A stretch of 64,000 nt of DNA, from positions 14,083 through 78,082 of the forward strand of contig JAJYLV010000005.1 of assembly GCA_021787445.1 (NCBI GenBank). The letters are read 5' to 3'. Origin of the DNA: Chloroflexota bacterium. GTDB taxonomy: Bacteria > Chloroflexota > Limnocylindria > P2-11E. The position numbers and the translations under genes were made by a program. Below are positions 30,847-39,235 of the stretch, one piece after another. How positions within the stretch are numbered: the stretch's first letter is position 1; each line of letters opens with the position of its first letter. The notes beneath the pieces were generated by a model. That model had not been told where the DNA came from. It made no database searches and was given only the letters and a program-made list of their open reading frames with translations.

Positions 30847-31314
30847 GTGCGCATCAGCGTGAGCGGCGACGCGCCCGTGGACCTCGACCGGATCCGGTGC
30901 GCGGTGCGCGCCGCGCTGCGGCCCTACCGCCTCCCCCGCGACACGCAGGTCGGCCTCGCCTTCGTCGGCGATGCCGAGATGCGGCGCCTCGATCGGACGC
31001 ATCGCGGCATCGACCGGACGACGGACGTCCTCTCCTTCGGGCAAGCGCTGCCGCGGGGGGTCAAGGGAGCAGCGGCACGCCCCCTGCTACGCCGCGAGGC
31101 CGACGGCACGCTCGAGCTGGGGGACATCGTCATCAGCGTCGCGCAGGCGCGGCGGCAGGCCACGCGCGCGCGCCGCGCCCTCGGATGGGAGCTCGCCTTC
31201 CTCGCCGCGCACGGCGCCCTCCACCTCGTGGGCTACGAGGACGAGACACCCGACGGATACCGCGAGATGGTCCGCCTGGGTACCAAGGCGGTGGATATCC
31301 GGCCCCCCGTGTGA
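30847..31314 (+). CDS. ybeY: rRNA maturation RNase YbeY
   Basis: TDVLSF and the zinc motif HGALHLVGYEDE. Uses GTG 30847 within track ORF 30694..31314. Confidence 0.9.
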   Translation: MRISVSGDAPVDLDRIRCAVRAALRPYRLPRDTQVGLAFVGDAEMRRLDRTHRGIDRTTDVLSFGQALPRGVKGAAARPLLRREADGTLELGDIVISVAQARRQATRARRALGWELAFLAAHGALHLVGYEDETPDGYREMVRLGTKAVDIRPPV

Positions 31315-31372
31315 GAAGTCTGTAAGCGAAGGCACTTTCCCGCGCTGCCGCCCGTTACAACACGCGGCCGAT

Positions 31373-32317
31373 ATGCGGATCGTGCGGATCGCTCTAGCCA
31401 TCGTTCTGGCCATCGCGACCCTGCCGCTGCGCGCCGCGCCGGCCGCCGCCGCGACCCTGCCCTCGCAGCTCGGCGATCTCACGGTCGCCTTCGCGGGCCA
31501 GGCCGGGGTGTGGATCGGCGATCCCGCCCTCGGCGACCCGCTGTACACGAAGAACGCCGACACCCCGGTCGTCACGGCCTCGCTGTACAAGCTCGGCGTC
31601 CTGGCCGAGGCCGAGCGCCTCGTCGACCTCGGGAAGCTGCGCTACGGCGACACGGTCGAGATCGATCCCGAGGACATCACCGCCGACGGCGCGTTCGAGG
31701 GGCCGGGCACCCAGATGACGCTCGACCGGGCGCTCGAGGCGATGATCACCGTGTCCGACAACGGCCCCGCGATGCACCTGTGGCGGGTGCTCGGGCCGGC
31801 GAACATCAACGCGACGCTGGAGGAGAACGGCATCCACGGCTTCCACGTCGCGCTGAACGAGGACGAGGACAACGTCGCGACGCCGCGCGCCATCGGCACC
31901 TACTTCACGCTCCTCGCCGAGGGGAAGCTCGTCTCGGCCGCGGCGTCCGCGCGCATGCTCCAACGGCTCGAGCGCCAGCAGATCAACGACCGCATCCCGG
32001 CTCAGCTCCCCGAGGGCACCGTCGTCGCGCACAAGACCGGGAACCTCGTGGGCTTGGTCCACGACGCGGGGATCGTCTTCACGCCGCGCGGCCCGCGCGT
32101 CGTCGTCGCGATGACGTGGGACGCGGATGAGGGGGTCGCCGACGACTACATCGCGCGGCTCGCGTCCGCCGTCTACCGTGCGAGCGTCACCGAGCGCGAG
32201 AACGTCCAGGTCGGGCCGCAGCGGACCTACGGCGACGGGGCGGGGCCCGGTCCGGACCTTCCGGCGGCGTGGCGCGACGCGGTGAGCGCGTCGCGGATCG
32301 GGACCGGCCTGCGCTAG
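31373..32317 (+). CDS. Secreted serine hydrolase, class A beta-lactamase-related
   Basis: Signal peptide MRIVRIALAIVLAIATLPLRAAPAAA, plus SLYK (SxxK), SDN and KTG motifs. Confidence 0.8.
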   Translation: MRIVRIALAIVLAIATLPLRAAPAAAATLPSQLGDLTVAFAGQAGVWIGDPALGDPLYTKNADTPVVTASLYKLGVLAEAERLVDLGKLRYGDTVEIDPEDITADGAFEGPGTQMTLDRALEAMITVSDNGPAMHLWRVLGPANINATLEENGIHGFHVALNEDEDNVATPRAIGTYFTLLAEGKLVSAAASARMLQRLERQQINDRIPAQLPEGTVVAHKTGNLVGLVHDAGIVFTPRGPRVVVAMTWDADEGVADDYIARLASAVYRASVTERENVQVGPQRTYGDGAGPGPDLPAAWRDAVSASRIGTGLR

Positions 32318-32323
32318 CTCGCC

Positions 32324-33136
32324 TCACCGCCAGCGGCTGAGGATGTTCTCCCGCTGGAAGGCGGCGCGCGCGGCGACGAAGACGAGAGCGTCGATGGCGA
32401 TCAGGACGACGCCGGTCTCGGCGAACGACGAGTTGTCGAGGACGACGCGTCCCGTGACCTGCGCGATCCCCAGCGCGACGACGGGGACGACGACGAGGCC
32501 GCCGATCTGCTGGGCGACGCGGATGTCGTTGACGCGCGTCGAGATGAGGATCCCGAGGTTCACCGAGAGCGCCGTGAGCAGCGGGACCATGATGAGCACC
32601 GCGAGGATCCAGCGCGGCGCGGTGACCGCGTGCGCCGCGGCGGGACTGCCGATCGCCATCACCGCGGCGAGGTAGATCGCGTAGGCGGCCCACGTCACGA
32701 GGACCGCGGGGACGGTCGACGCGATGCTCTTCGCGAGGAGCAGCTCGCCGACCCCGACGGGGGTCGCGAGCAGCGGCTCGAGCGTCCGCGCCGCCTTCTC
32801 GCCGATGACCGAGTAGATCGCGATCGTCAGCGGAACGACGGTCGGGATGAGCATGAAGAGGACGAGGAAGTACGTGGCGATGAACCCTTGCACGGCCTCG
32901 GTGGGATCGAGCCCGGCGGCGGCGGGCGCCGACGCGTAGAGCGCCTGCACGTCCTTGGCGCTCGGCGGGTACAGCGCCGCGACGTACACGGCCAGGATGC
33001 CCGCGGCCAGGATGACGAGCGGCGGGAAGAGCGTCATCCCGACGAGGAGCTTGTTCCCGAGAGCCTCGTGCCACTCCCGCGCGCAGACGGCTTCGACGAT
33101 CGTGCCGCGCGTCGCGCGGCCGGCGACGACGGTCAC
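32324..33136 (-). CDS. ABC-2 type transporter permease
   Basis: 270-aa protein with about 6 TM helices. GTG 33136 overlaps the TGA of the upstream ATPase gene. Confidence 0.8.
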   Translation of the reverse strand: MTVVAGRATRGTIVEAVCAREWHEALGNKLLVGMTLFPPLVILAAGILAVYVAALYPPSAKDVQALYASAPAAAGLDPTEAVQGFIATYFLVLFMLIPTVVPLTIAIYSVIGEKAARTLEPLLATPVGVGELLLAKSIASTVPAVLVTWAAYAIYLAAVMAIGSPAAAHAVTAPRWILAVLIMVPLLTALSVNLGILISTRVNDIRVAQQIGGLVVVPVVALGIAQVTGRVVLDNSSFAETGVVLIAIDALVFVAARAAFQRENILSRWR

Positions 33137-34077
33137 GTCCCGACCTCGCGCGCCTCGTCGTGGACGATGCGCAGGTAGACGTCCTCGAGCGACGCGCGCC
33201 GCTCGCTGACGAACGCGATCTCCGCGCCGGCGGCGACGAGCGTCCGCACCAGCGCCGGGTCGGTGCGGAGCGGGTCGTCGGTCCGGACCAGGATCGACCC
33301 GTTCTCGAGCCAGGCCTCGCGCACTCCCGGCACGGCCTGGACGCACGCGAGGTGCTCCGGACGCGGCGAGGGGAGCACGCGGAGCTCGACGGTGCGGCCG
33401 TAGAGCTCGGCGCGCAAGCGGTCGGGCGTGTCGATGCGGATGAGGCTGCGGCGGAAGAACGCGATGCGGTCGCAGAGGCGGTCGGCCTCGTCGAGGTTGT
33501 GCGTGCAGAGGAAGACGGTGCGGCCCTCCTTCGCGAGCGACACGATGAGCTCGCGCACGGTGCGCGCCGCGTCCGGATCGAGGCCCGTCGTCGGCTCGTC
33601 GAGGAACAGGATGCGCGGCTCGTGGAGCGCGGCGCGCGCGATCGCCATCTTCTGCTTCATACCGCGCGAGAACGTCGCGACGGCGTCGTCGCGCTGGTCG
33701 TACAGCCCCATGAGGCGGAGGAAGCGGTCGACCTGCGCCTCCGCGGTGCGCGGGTCGAGCCCGTAGAGCGAGGCGAAGAAGCGCAGGTTGTCGGCGGCGG
33801 AGAGGCGCTCGTAGAGGCCGGGGTGCTCGGTGAGGATCCCGACGGACGCGCGGATGCGCGCGTCGTCGCGCCCGAGGCGGTGCCCGGCGACCTCCGCGCC
33901 GCCGGCGCTCGGCGCGACGAGGGCGCAGAGCAGGCGCAGCGTCGTCGTCTTGCCCGCGCCGTTCGGTCCGAGGAAGCCGAAGACCTCGCCTTCGTGCACC
34001 TCGATGTCGAGGCGGTCGACCGCGAGGAGCCTCCCGAAACGCTTCGTCAGACCGTCCGTCCGCAGGACGACGCTCAC
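33133..34077 (-). CDS. ABC transporter ATP-binding protein (ABC-2 exporter type)
   Basis: Walker A GPNGAGKTT, signature FSRGMKQKMA and Walker B LFLDEPTTGLD. Confidence 0.92.
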   Translation of the reverse strand: MSVVLRTDGLTKRFGRLLAVDRLDIEVHEGEVFGFLGPNGAGKTTTLRLLCALVAPSAGGAEVAGHRLGRDDARIRASVGILTEHPGLYERLSAADNLRFFASLYGLDPRTAEAQVDRFLRLMGLYDQRDDAVATFSRGMKQKMAIARAALHEPRILFLDEPTTGLDPDAARTVRELIVSLAKEGRTVFLCTHNLDEADRLCDRIAFFRRSLIRIDTPDRLRAELYGRTVELRVLPSPRPEHLACVQAVPGVREAWLENGSILVRTDDPLRTDPALVRTLVAAGAEIAFVSERRASLEDVYLRIVHDEAREVGT

Positions 34078-34090
34078 GCCGGGAGCCTAC

Positions 34091-35740
34091 ATGGCATGCC
34101 ATCATCAACGTGTGAGCGACGTGGATCGGAAGATCCAGGAGCTCTCGTTCCTCCACGAGATCACCCAGCTCGCCTCCTCTACCCGCGACTGGGACGAGAT
34201 GCTCCGGATCGTCATCGACCGTTCGACCGACGCCATGCACACGGACGTGGCGTCGCTGTACCTCGTCGACAAGCGCGAGGGGCGGCTGCGCCTCGTCGCC
34301 ACGAACGGCCTCGACCGCCGCGGGATCGGCCGCGCGGAGCTCCGCGTCGGCGAGGGCATCACCGGATGGGTCGCCGCGGCGCGCGTCCCCCTCGCCGCCC
34401 GCGACGTGCGCAAGGAGCCGCGCTTCAAGTGGATCCCCGGCATCGACGAGCCGCGCTTCAAGTCGATGCTGTCGGTCCCGCTCGTCGTCCGCGACGAGCT
34501 CGTCGGGGTCATGAACGTGCAGACCGTCGCGCCTCGGGACTTCAGCAAGGACGAGGTCCAGTTCCTCCAGACCGTCGCCGACCAGGTCGCCGGCATCATC
34601 GACAAGGCGCGCCTCCACCGCGAGGCGGAGCGAAAGCTGCGGGAGGTCTCGGCGCTCTTCGAGGTCTCCAACGTCCTCACCTCGACGCTCGACCTCGACG
34701 AGGTGCTGCAGCTCGTCGTCGACCGGCTCGTGCGCGCGTACCCCGGCGCCTCCGGCGCGCTCCTCCTGCGCGACGAGGACGGCGGCGCGCGCGTCCGTGC
34801 GCGCAGCGGCGACCTCGGCAAGGCAGCGCTGCAGGCCACGCAGCAGGCGCTCGCGGAAGCGCGGCCCATCGTCGCGACGGACCACCTGGCCGTTCCGCTC
34901 CTCGTCGGCGACCGCCTCCTCGGCGCGGTCGGGCTGCAGGTGCCGGGGTATCGGGAGTTCCTCGACGAGGAGGTCTCATTCGTCGGCGCGCTCGCCAACC
35001 AGGCCGCGCTCGCGATCGACAAGGCCTCCCTCTACGAGCTCGAGCGACAGACGGCGCAGACCTTGCGCGAGCTAGAGCGCGCGCGCTCCGAGTTCGTCGC
35101 CGTCGTCACGCACGACCTGCGGACGCCGCTCTCGATCATCCGCGGGCATCTCGACCTCATGGGCGAACGCGACGGGGCGAAGCGCGAGGCGGCGGAGGCG
35201 GCGACCCAGGTGAAGCGCCTCGACGAGCTCGTCGATCGCATCCTCGAGAGCGTGCGCGACGACCGCCCCGAGCTCGCCGTCCGACGCGCGCGCTTCGACG
35301 CGCGCGCGACGACGATCAAGGCCCTTCAGGAGGTCGGTCCGGTGCTGCGCCTGCACACGCTGCGCGCGCCCCGCGCGGGCGCACCGGTGTGGGTGCGCGG
35401 CGACCGCGCGAAGACCGCGGCGGTCGTCTCCGGGCTCGTGCACAACGCGACGAAGTACGCGCCGGAGGGGACGACCATCACCGTGAGCCTCTCGAAGGAC
35501 GGCGACACCGCGGTCGTGCGCGTCTCGGACGAGGGCCGGGGCGTGCCGGAGGAGGACCGCGAGCGCATCTTCCACCCGTTCGTCCGCGGCGACGGCGCGG
35601 CGCGCGGAGTCCCAGGCACGGGCATCGGTCTCTACGCCTGCCGCCGGATCGTCGAAGCGCAGGGCGGTCGACTGTGGTACGAGGACGCGCCCGGCGGCGG
35701 AGCATCGTTCGCCTTCTCCATCCCCAGGTCGCGCTCGTGA
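34091..35740 (+). CDS. Cytoplasmic GAF-GAF sensor histidine kinase
   Basis: Two GAF-like regions, H-box EFVAVVTHDLRTPLS, and N/G boxes HNATKYAP, DEGRGVP and GTGIGL. ATG 34091 lies 5 nt after GGGAG. Confidence 0.88.
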   Translation: MACHHQRVSDVDRKIQELSFLHEITQLASSTRDWDEMLRIVIDRSTDAMHTDVASLYLVDKREGRLRLVATNGLDRRGIGRAELRVGEGITGWVAAARVPLAARDVRKEPRFKWIPGIDEPRFKSMLSVPLVVRDELVGVMNVQTVAPRDFSKDEVQFLQTVADQVAGIIDKARLHREAERKLREVSALFEVSNVLTSTLDLDEVLQLVVDRLVRAYPGASGALLLRDEDGGARVRARSGDLGKAALQATQQALAEARPIVATDHLAVPLLVGDRLLGAVGLQVPGYREFLDEEVSFVGALANQAALAIDKASLYELERQTAQTLRELERARSEFVAVVTHDLRTPLSIIRGHLDLMGERDGAKREAAEAATQVKRLDELVDRILESVRDDRPELAVRRARFDARATTIKALQEVGPVLRLHTLRAPRAGAPVWVRGDRAKTAAVVSGLVHNATKYAPEGTTITVSLSKDGDTAVVRVSDEGRGVPEEDRERIFHPFVRGDGAARGVPGTGIGLYACRRIVEAQGGRLWYEDAPGGGASFAFSIPRSRS

Positions 35741-36414
35741 CGAGCGTCCTCATCGTCGACGACGACCGCGCGATGGTCGGGATGGTCGCGGCCCTCCTCG
35801 GCGATCAGGGCTATGACCTGGTCACCGCGTACGACGGCGAGCAGGCCCTCCGGCGCCACGCGGACGACCCGCCCGATCTCGTCATCCTCGACCGGCGGCT
35901 GCCGCGCCTCGACGGCGACGAGGTCTGCCGCCGCATCCGGGCGACGTCGGATACGCCCATCCTCATGCTCACGGGGGAGAAGGGGAGCGCCGAGCGCGCG
36001 AAGCTGCTCGAGGTCGGCGCGGACGACTACCTCGAGAAGCCGTTCGACCGACGCGAGCTCGTCGCGCGCGTCCACGCGCTCCTGCGCCGGGCACGCGGGA
36101 CCAAGGGCGCCGCCGGTCCCGTCGAGATCGGCGACCTCGTCGTCGACCCGCGGACGCACAGCGTGACCATCGAGGGGCGCACGCTCGCGCTCACGCCGAC
36201 GGAGTTCCGCCTGCTCGCGGCGCTCGCCGCGCGGGCGGGAGAGGTCGTCGAGCGGAAGGCGCTCCTGCGCGCGGCGTGGCCCGACGAGCGCGACCCGGAT
36301 CCCGAGTGGCTCAAGGCGCACCTCGCGCGGCTGCGCTCGAAGCTCGAGGCGGCCGGCGGGCCGCTGCCGGTGAACGTCCGCGGCGTGGGCTATCGGCTGG
36401 GGACGGCCCTCTAA
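35737..36414 (+). CDS. OmpR/PhoB family response regulator
   Basis: Receiver domain (VLIVDDD, LVILDRRLPRLDG, EKPF) and winged helix (LTPTEFRLL...VRGVGYRL). GTG 35737 overlaps the kinase TGA. Confidence 0.92.
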   Translation: MTSVLIVDDDRAMVGMVAALLGDQGYDLVTAYDGEQALRRHADDPPDLVILDRRLPRLDGDEVCRRIRATSDTPILMLTGEKGSAERAKLLEVGADDYLEKPFDRRELVARVHALLRRARGTKGAAGPVEIGDLVVDPRTHSVTIEGRTLALTPTEFRLLAALAARAGEVVERKALLRAAWPDERDPDPEWLKAHLARLRSKLEAAGGPLPVNVRGVGYRLGTAL

Positions 36415-36417
36415 GCG

Positions 36418-36434
36418 GCGGGGGTCCGCCCGCC
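36418..36434. terminator. Short GC hairpin between convergent genes
   Basis: GGCGGG-GTCCG-CCCGCC, with no clear U-tract. Confidence 0.3.
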
Positions 36435-36447
36435 CCGCGGCCGCGCG

Positions 36448-36576
36448 CTACGCGGCGGCGGGCTGGAGCTGCGGCGCGGCCTCGGCGGACGACGTGCTCG
36501 GGGCGGCGAGCCACGCGACGACGAGCCCGAGGAACGACGCGATCGCGAGGATCGTGGTCCCGTCCAGCGCTGGCAT
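36448..36576 (-). CDS. 42-aa hydrophobic small protein
   Basis: Not in the ORF track. Sequence MPALDGTTILAIASFLGLVVAWLAAPSTSSAEAAPQLQPAAA. AAGGAG lies 9 nt upstream of the ATG. Almost all third positions are G/C. One predicted TM helix. Confidence 0.55.
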   Translation of the reverse strand: MPALDGTTILAIASFLGLVVAWLAAPSTSSAEAAPQLQPAAA

Positions 36577-36683
36577 CTTCCGTTACTCCTTGTCGCTCTC
36601 TCTGCTCCGAGCTGCGCAGACCGTACGGCGGGGCGCGGAGGGGGTCAGTAGCGCGGCGGCGCCGCGAAAGGTCGCGGAATGGT

Positions 36684-36719
36684 GACGGCCAGGGTGACCG
36701 TTCGGTCGCCCTGGCCGTC
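36684..36719 (-). terminator. Long stem-loop 5 nt after the amtB stop
   Basis: GACGGCCAGGG(T)GACCG-TT-CGGTC(G)CCCTGGCCGTC, about 16 bp of pairing. The U-tract is weak (CCUUUCG further on). Confidence 0.45.
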
Positions 36720-36724
36720 CCCGC

Positions 36725-37948
36725 TCACAGCTGATATGCCGACTCGCGGTGCTGGCTCGCGTCGAGGCCGAGGACCTCCTCGTGCTCGGGGACGCGCAGC
36801 CCCACGAAGAGACCGATGACCTTGAGGATCACGAAGGTCATGACCGCCGAGTAGGTGATGGACGCAGCGACGGCGATGGCCTGGATACCGAGCTGCGCCG
36901 GGTTCCCCGCGACCAGGCCGTTCGCCGCCCCGGGGTTGACGGCGACCGTGGCGAAGATGCCCGTCGCGAGCGCACCCCACGTCCCACCCATGCCGTGGCA
37001 GCCGAAGACGTCGAGCGCGTCGTCCACCTTCAGCCGGCGGGTGAGCTGGATGGCGAAGTAGGGGATGATCCCGGCGCCGAGGCCGATGAGGATCGCGGCC
37101 GAGACGTCGACGTAGCCGGAGGCGGGGGTGATCGCGACGAGGCCGGCGACGGCGCCGGTCGCCGCACCGAGGACGCTCGGCGCGCCTTTGTGGATCCACG
37201 AGACCGTCATCCACGTGAGGCCGGCCATCGCCGCGGCGGTGTTCGTGACGACGAAAGCGTTGGCCGCGAGGCCGCCGGCCGTGATGGCGCTGCCGGCGTT
37301 GAAGCCGAACCACCCGAACCAGAGGAGCGAGGCGCCGAGGACGGTCATCGTCGCATCGTGCGGATCCATCGGCTCGGAGCCGTAGCCGACGCGCCGCCCG
37401 AGGACGAGCGCGGCGACGAGGGCGGACACGCCGCTCGTGATGTGCACGACCGTGCCGCCGGCGAAGTCGAGCGCGCCGAGCCGCCCCAGCCAGCCTCCGC
37501 CCCACACCCAGTGCGCGACGGGGTCGTATACGAAGGTCGCCCAGAGGAGCGTGAAGACGACGAAGGCCTTGAAGCGCTTGCGCTCGGCGAAGGCGCCGGT
37601 GATGAGCGCCGGCGTGATGACGGCGAACATCATCTGGAACACCATGTAGGCGAGGTGAGGGACCGTCGCGCCGTATGGGCCGGGCGCCTCGCCCACCCCC
37701 TTGAGCGCCGCCCAGTCGAGCCCACCGATGAGCCCGCCGTGATCGGGACCGAACGCGAGCGTGTAGCCCCACAGCACCCACTGGACGCTGATGAGGCAGA
37801 GGATGAAGAAGCTGTGCATGATCGTGGAGAGGACGTTCTTGCGGCGGACGAGCCCTCCGTAGAAGAAGCCCAGGGCGGGCGTCATGAGCATCACGAGGGC
37901 CGCCGACGCGAGGAGCCAGGCGGTGTCTCCGGCGCTGATCTTGTCCAT
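36725..37948 (-). CDS. amtB: Ammonium transporter (Amt family)
   Basis: 407 aa, about 11 TM helices. DTAWLLASAALVMLMTPALGFFYGGLVRRKN and FAGGTVVHITSG are Amt motifs. Confidence 0.94.
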   Translation of the reverse strand: MDKISAGDTAWLLASAALVMLMTPALGFFYGGLVRRKNVLSTIMHSFFILCLISVQWVLWGYTLAFGPDHGGLIGGLDWAALKGVGEAPGPYGATVPHLAYMVFQMMFAVITPALITGAFAERKRFKAFVVFTLLWATFVYDPVAHWVWGGGWLGRLGALDFAGGTVVHITSGVSALVAALVLGRRVGYGSEPMDPHDATMTVLGASLLWFGWFGFNAGSAITAGGLAANAFVVTNTAAAMAGLTWMTVSWIHKGAPSVLGAATGAVAGLVAITPASGYVDVSAAILIGLGAGIIPYFAIQLTRRLKVDDALDVFGCHGMGGTWGALATGIFATVAVNPGAANGLVAGNPAQLGIQAIAVAASITYSAVMTFVILKVIGLFVGLRVPEHEEVLGLDASQHRESAYQL

Positions 37949-38050
37949 TCACTCACTCCGTTCCCGATACGCGGATCCGTCCCCGCGGCGGCACGAACGT
38001 AGTCATCTCCGAGGTGGCGGTCAGCAGCGCCTCGGTGGGAGCGGCGTCGT

Positions 38051-38091
38051 GTTCCGGTAGCGCCGCCGGCACCGTTCCGCAACCGTTCCGC
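38051..38091. promoter_or_regulatory. GTTCC repeat cluster / tandem ACCGTTCCGC in the amtB-glnII divergent intergenic region
   Basis: GTTCC at 38051, 38074 and 38085 (plus 37960). ACCGTTCCGC at 38071..38080 and 38082..38091, an 11-nt period. Confidence 0.4.
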
Positions 38092-38179
38092 GACCCTGGC
38101 GTTGTTGTCCGGCGCTGAGCGGATGGGCAGCGTTGTCGGTGACGATGACCTTTGTGAAGACCACTGGAGGGGATCGACC

Positions 38180-39232
38180 GTGAACGTGTATCGCGCCGAG
38201 TACATCTGGATCGACGGCACGGAGCCGACGAAGAAGCTGCGCTCGAAGACGAAGATCGTCCCGTCGGGGGAGGAGCCGCCGATCTGGGGCTTCGACGGGT
38301 CCAGCACCCAGCAGGCCACGGGCGACCGCTCCGACTGCGTCCTGCAGCCGGTGTTCGTGTGCCCCGACCCCATTCGCCGCGGCGACGACAAGCTCGTGCT
38401 CTGCGAGGTGATGCTCGTCAGCGGCGATCCGCACCCGACCAATACGCGCCGTGCCTGCGCCGAGACCGCGAAGCGCTACGCGGACTTCGACATGTGGTTC
38501 GGGATCGAGCAGGAGTACACGTTCTTCAAGGGCGCGCGTCCCCTCGGGTTCCCGGACAGCGGCGGCTTTCCCGCGCCGCAGGGGGGCTACTACTGCGGCG
38601 TCGGCGCCGACGAGGTGTTCGGCCGTGACGTCGTCGAGGCACACCTCGACGCCTGCCTGCGCGCGGGCCTCAAGATCTCCGGCATCAACGCCGAGGTCAT
38701 GCCCGGCCAGTGGGAGTTCCAGGTCGGCCCCTTGAACCCGCCGGAGATCGGCGACCAGCTGTGGCTCGCGCGCTGGCTCCTCTACCGCGTCGGCGAGCCG
38801 TTCGGCGTCTCGGCGACGCTGTACCCGAAGCCGGTCCGCGGCGACTGGAACGGCGCGGGCGCGCACACGAACTTCTCGACGAAGCAGATGCGGGCGGACT
38901 ACGACGCGATCATGCCGGCCATCGAGGCGCTCGAGGCGAAGCACGACCTGCACATCGCGAACTACGGTTTCGGGATCGAGGAGCGCCTCACCGGCCTCCA
39001 CGAGACGGCCTCGTACAGGGAGTTCAGCTACGGCGTGTCGCACCGCGGCGCGTCCGTGCGCATCCCGTGGCAGGTCGCGAAGGACCGCAAGGGGTACCTC
39101 GAGGACCGTCGCCCGAACGCGAACATGGACCCCTACGTCGTGACGCGGCTCATCACCGACACGGTGTGCGGCGCGGCGAGCGGAGCGAAGGGCAAGTCCC
39201 GCGAGATGGCGGCGGCCGCCGCCGGCGACTAA
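38180..39232 (+). CDS. glnII: Glutamine synthetase, type II
   Basis: About 350 aa. YIWIDGTEP, GINAEVMPGQWEFQVGP and DWNGAGAHTNFS are GSII-type motifs. GTG 38180 lies about 7 nt after GGAGGGGA. Confidence 0.9.
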   Translation: MNVYRAEYIWIDGTEPTKKLRSKTKIVPSGEEPPIWGFDGSSTQQATGDRSDCVLQPVFVCPDPIRRGDDKLVLCEVMLVSGDPHPTNTRRACAETAKRYADFDMWFGIEQEYTFFKGARPLGFPDSGGFPAPQGGYYCGVGADEVFGRDVVEAHLDACLRAGLKISGINAEVMPGQWEFQVGPLNPPEIGDQLWLARWLLYRVGEPFGVSATLYPKPVRGDWNGAGAHTNFSTKQMRADYDAIMPAIEALEAKHDLHIANYGFGIEERLTGLHETASYREFSYGVSHRGASVRIPWQVAKDRKGYLEDRRPNANMDPYVVTRLITDTVCGAASGAKGKSREMAAAAAGD

Positions 39233-39235
39233 GGC

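Noticed and set aside
36494-36685. 63-aa plus-strand ORF opposite the 42-aa small ORF
   Set aside because: It has lower GC3 and no SD. The minus-strand small ORF has both.
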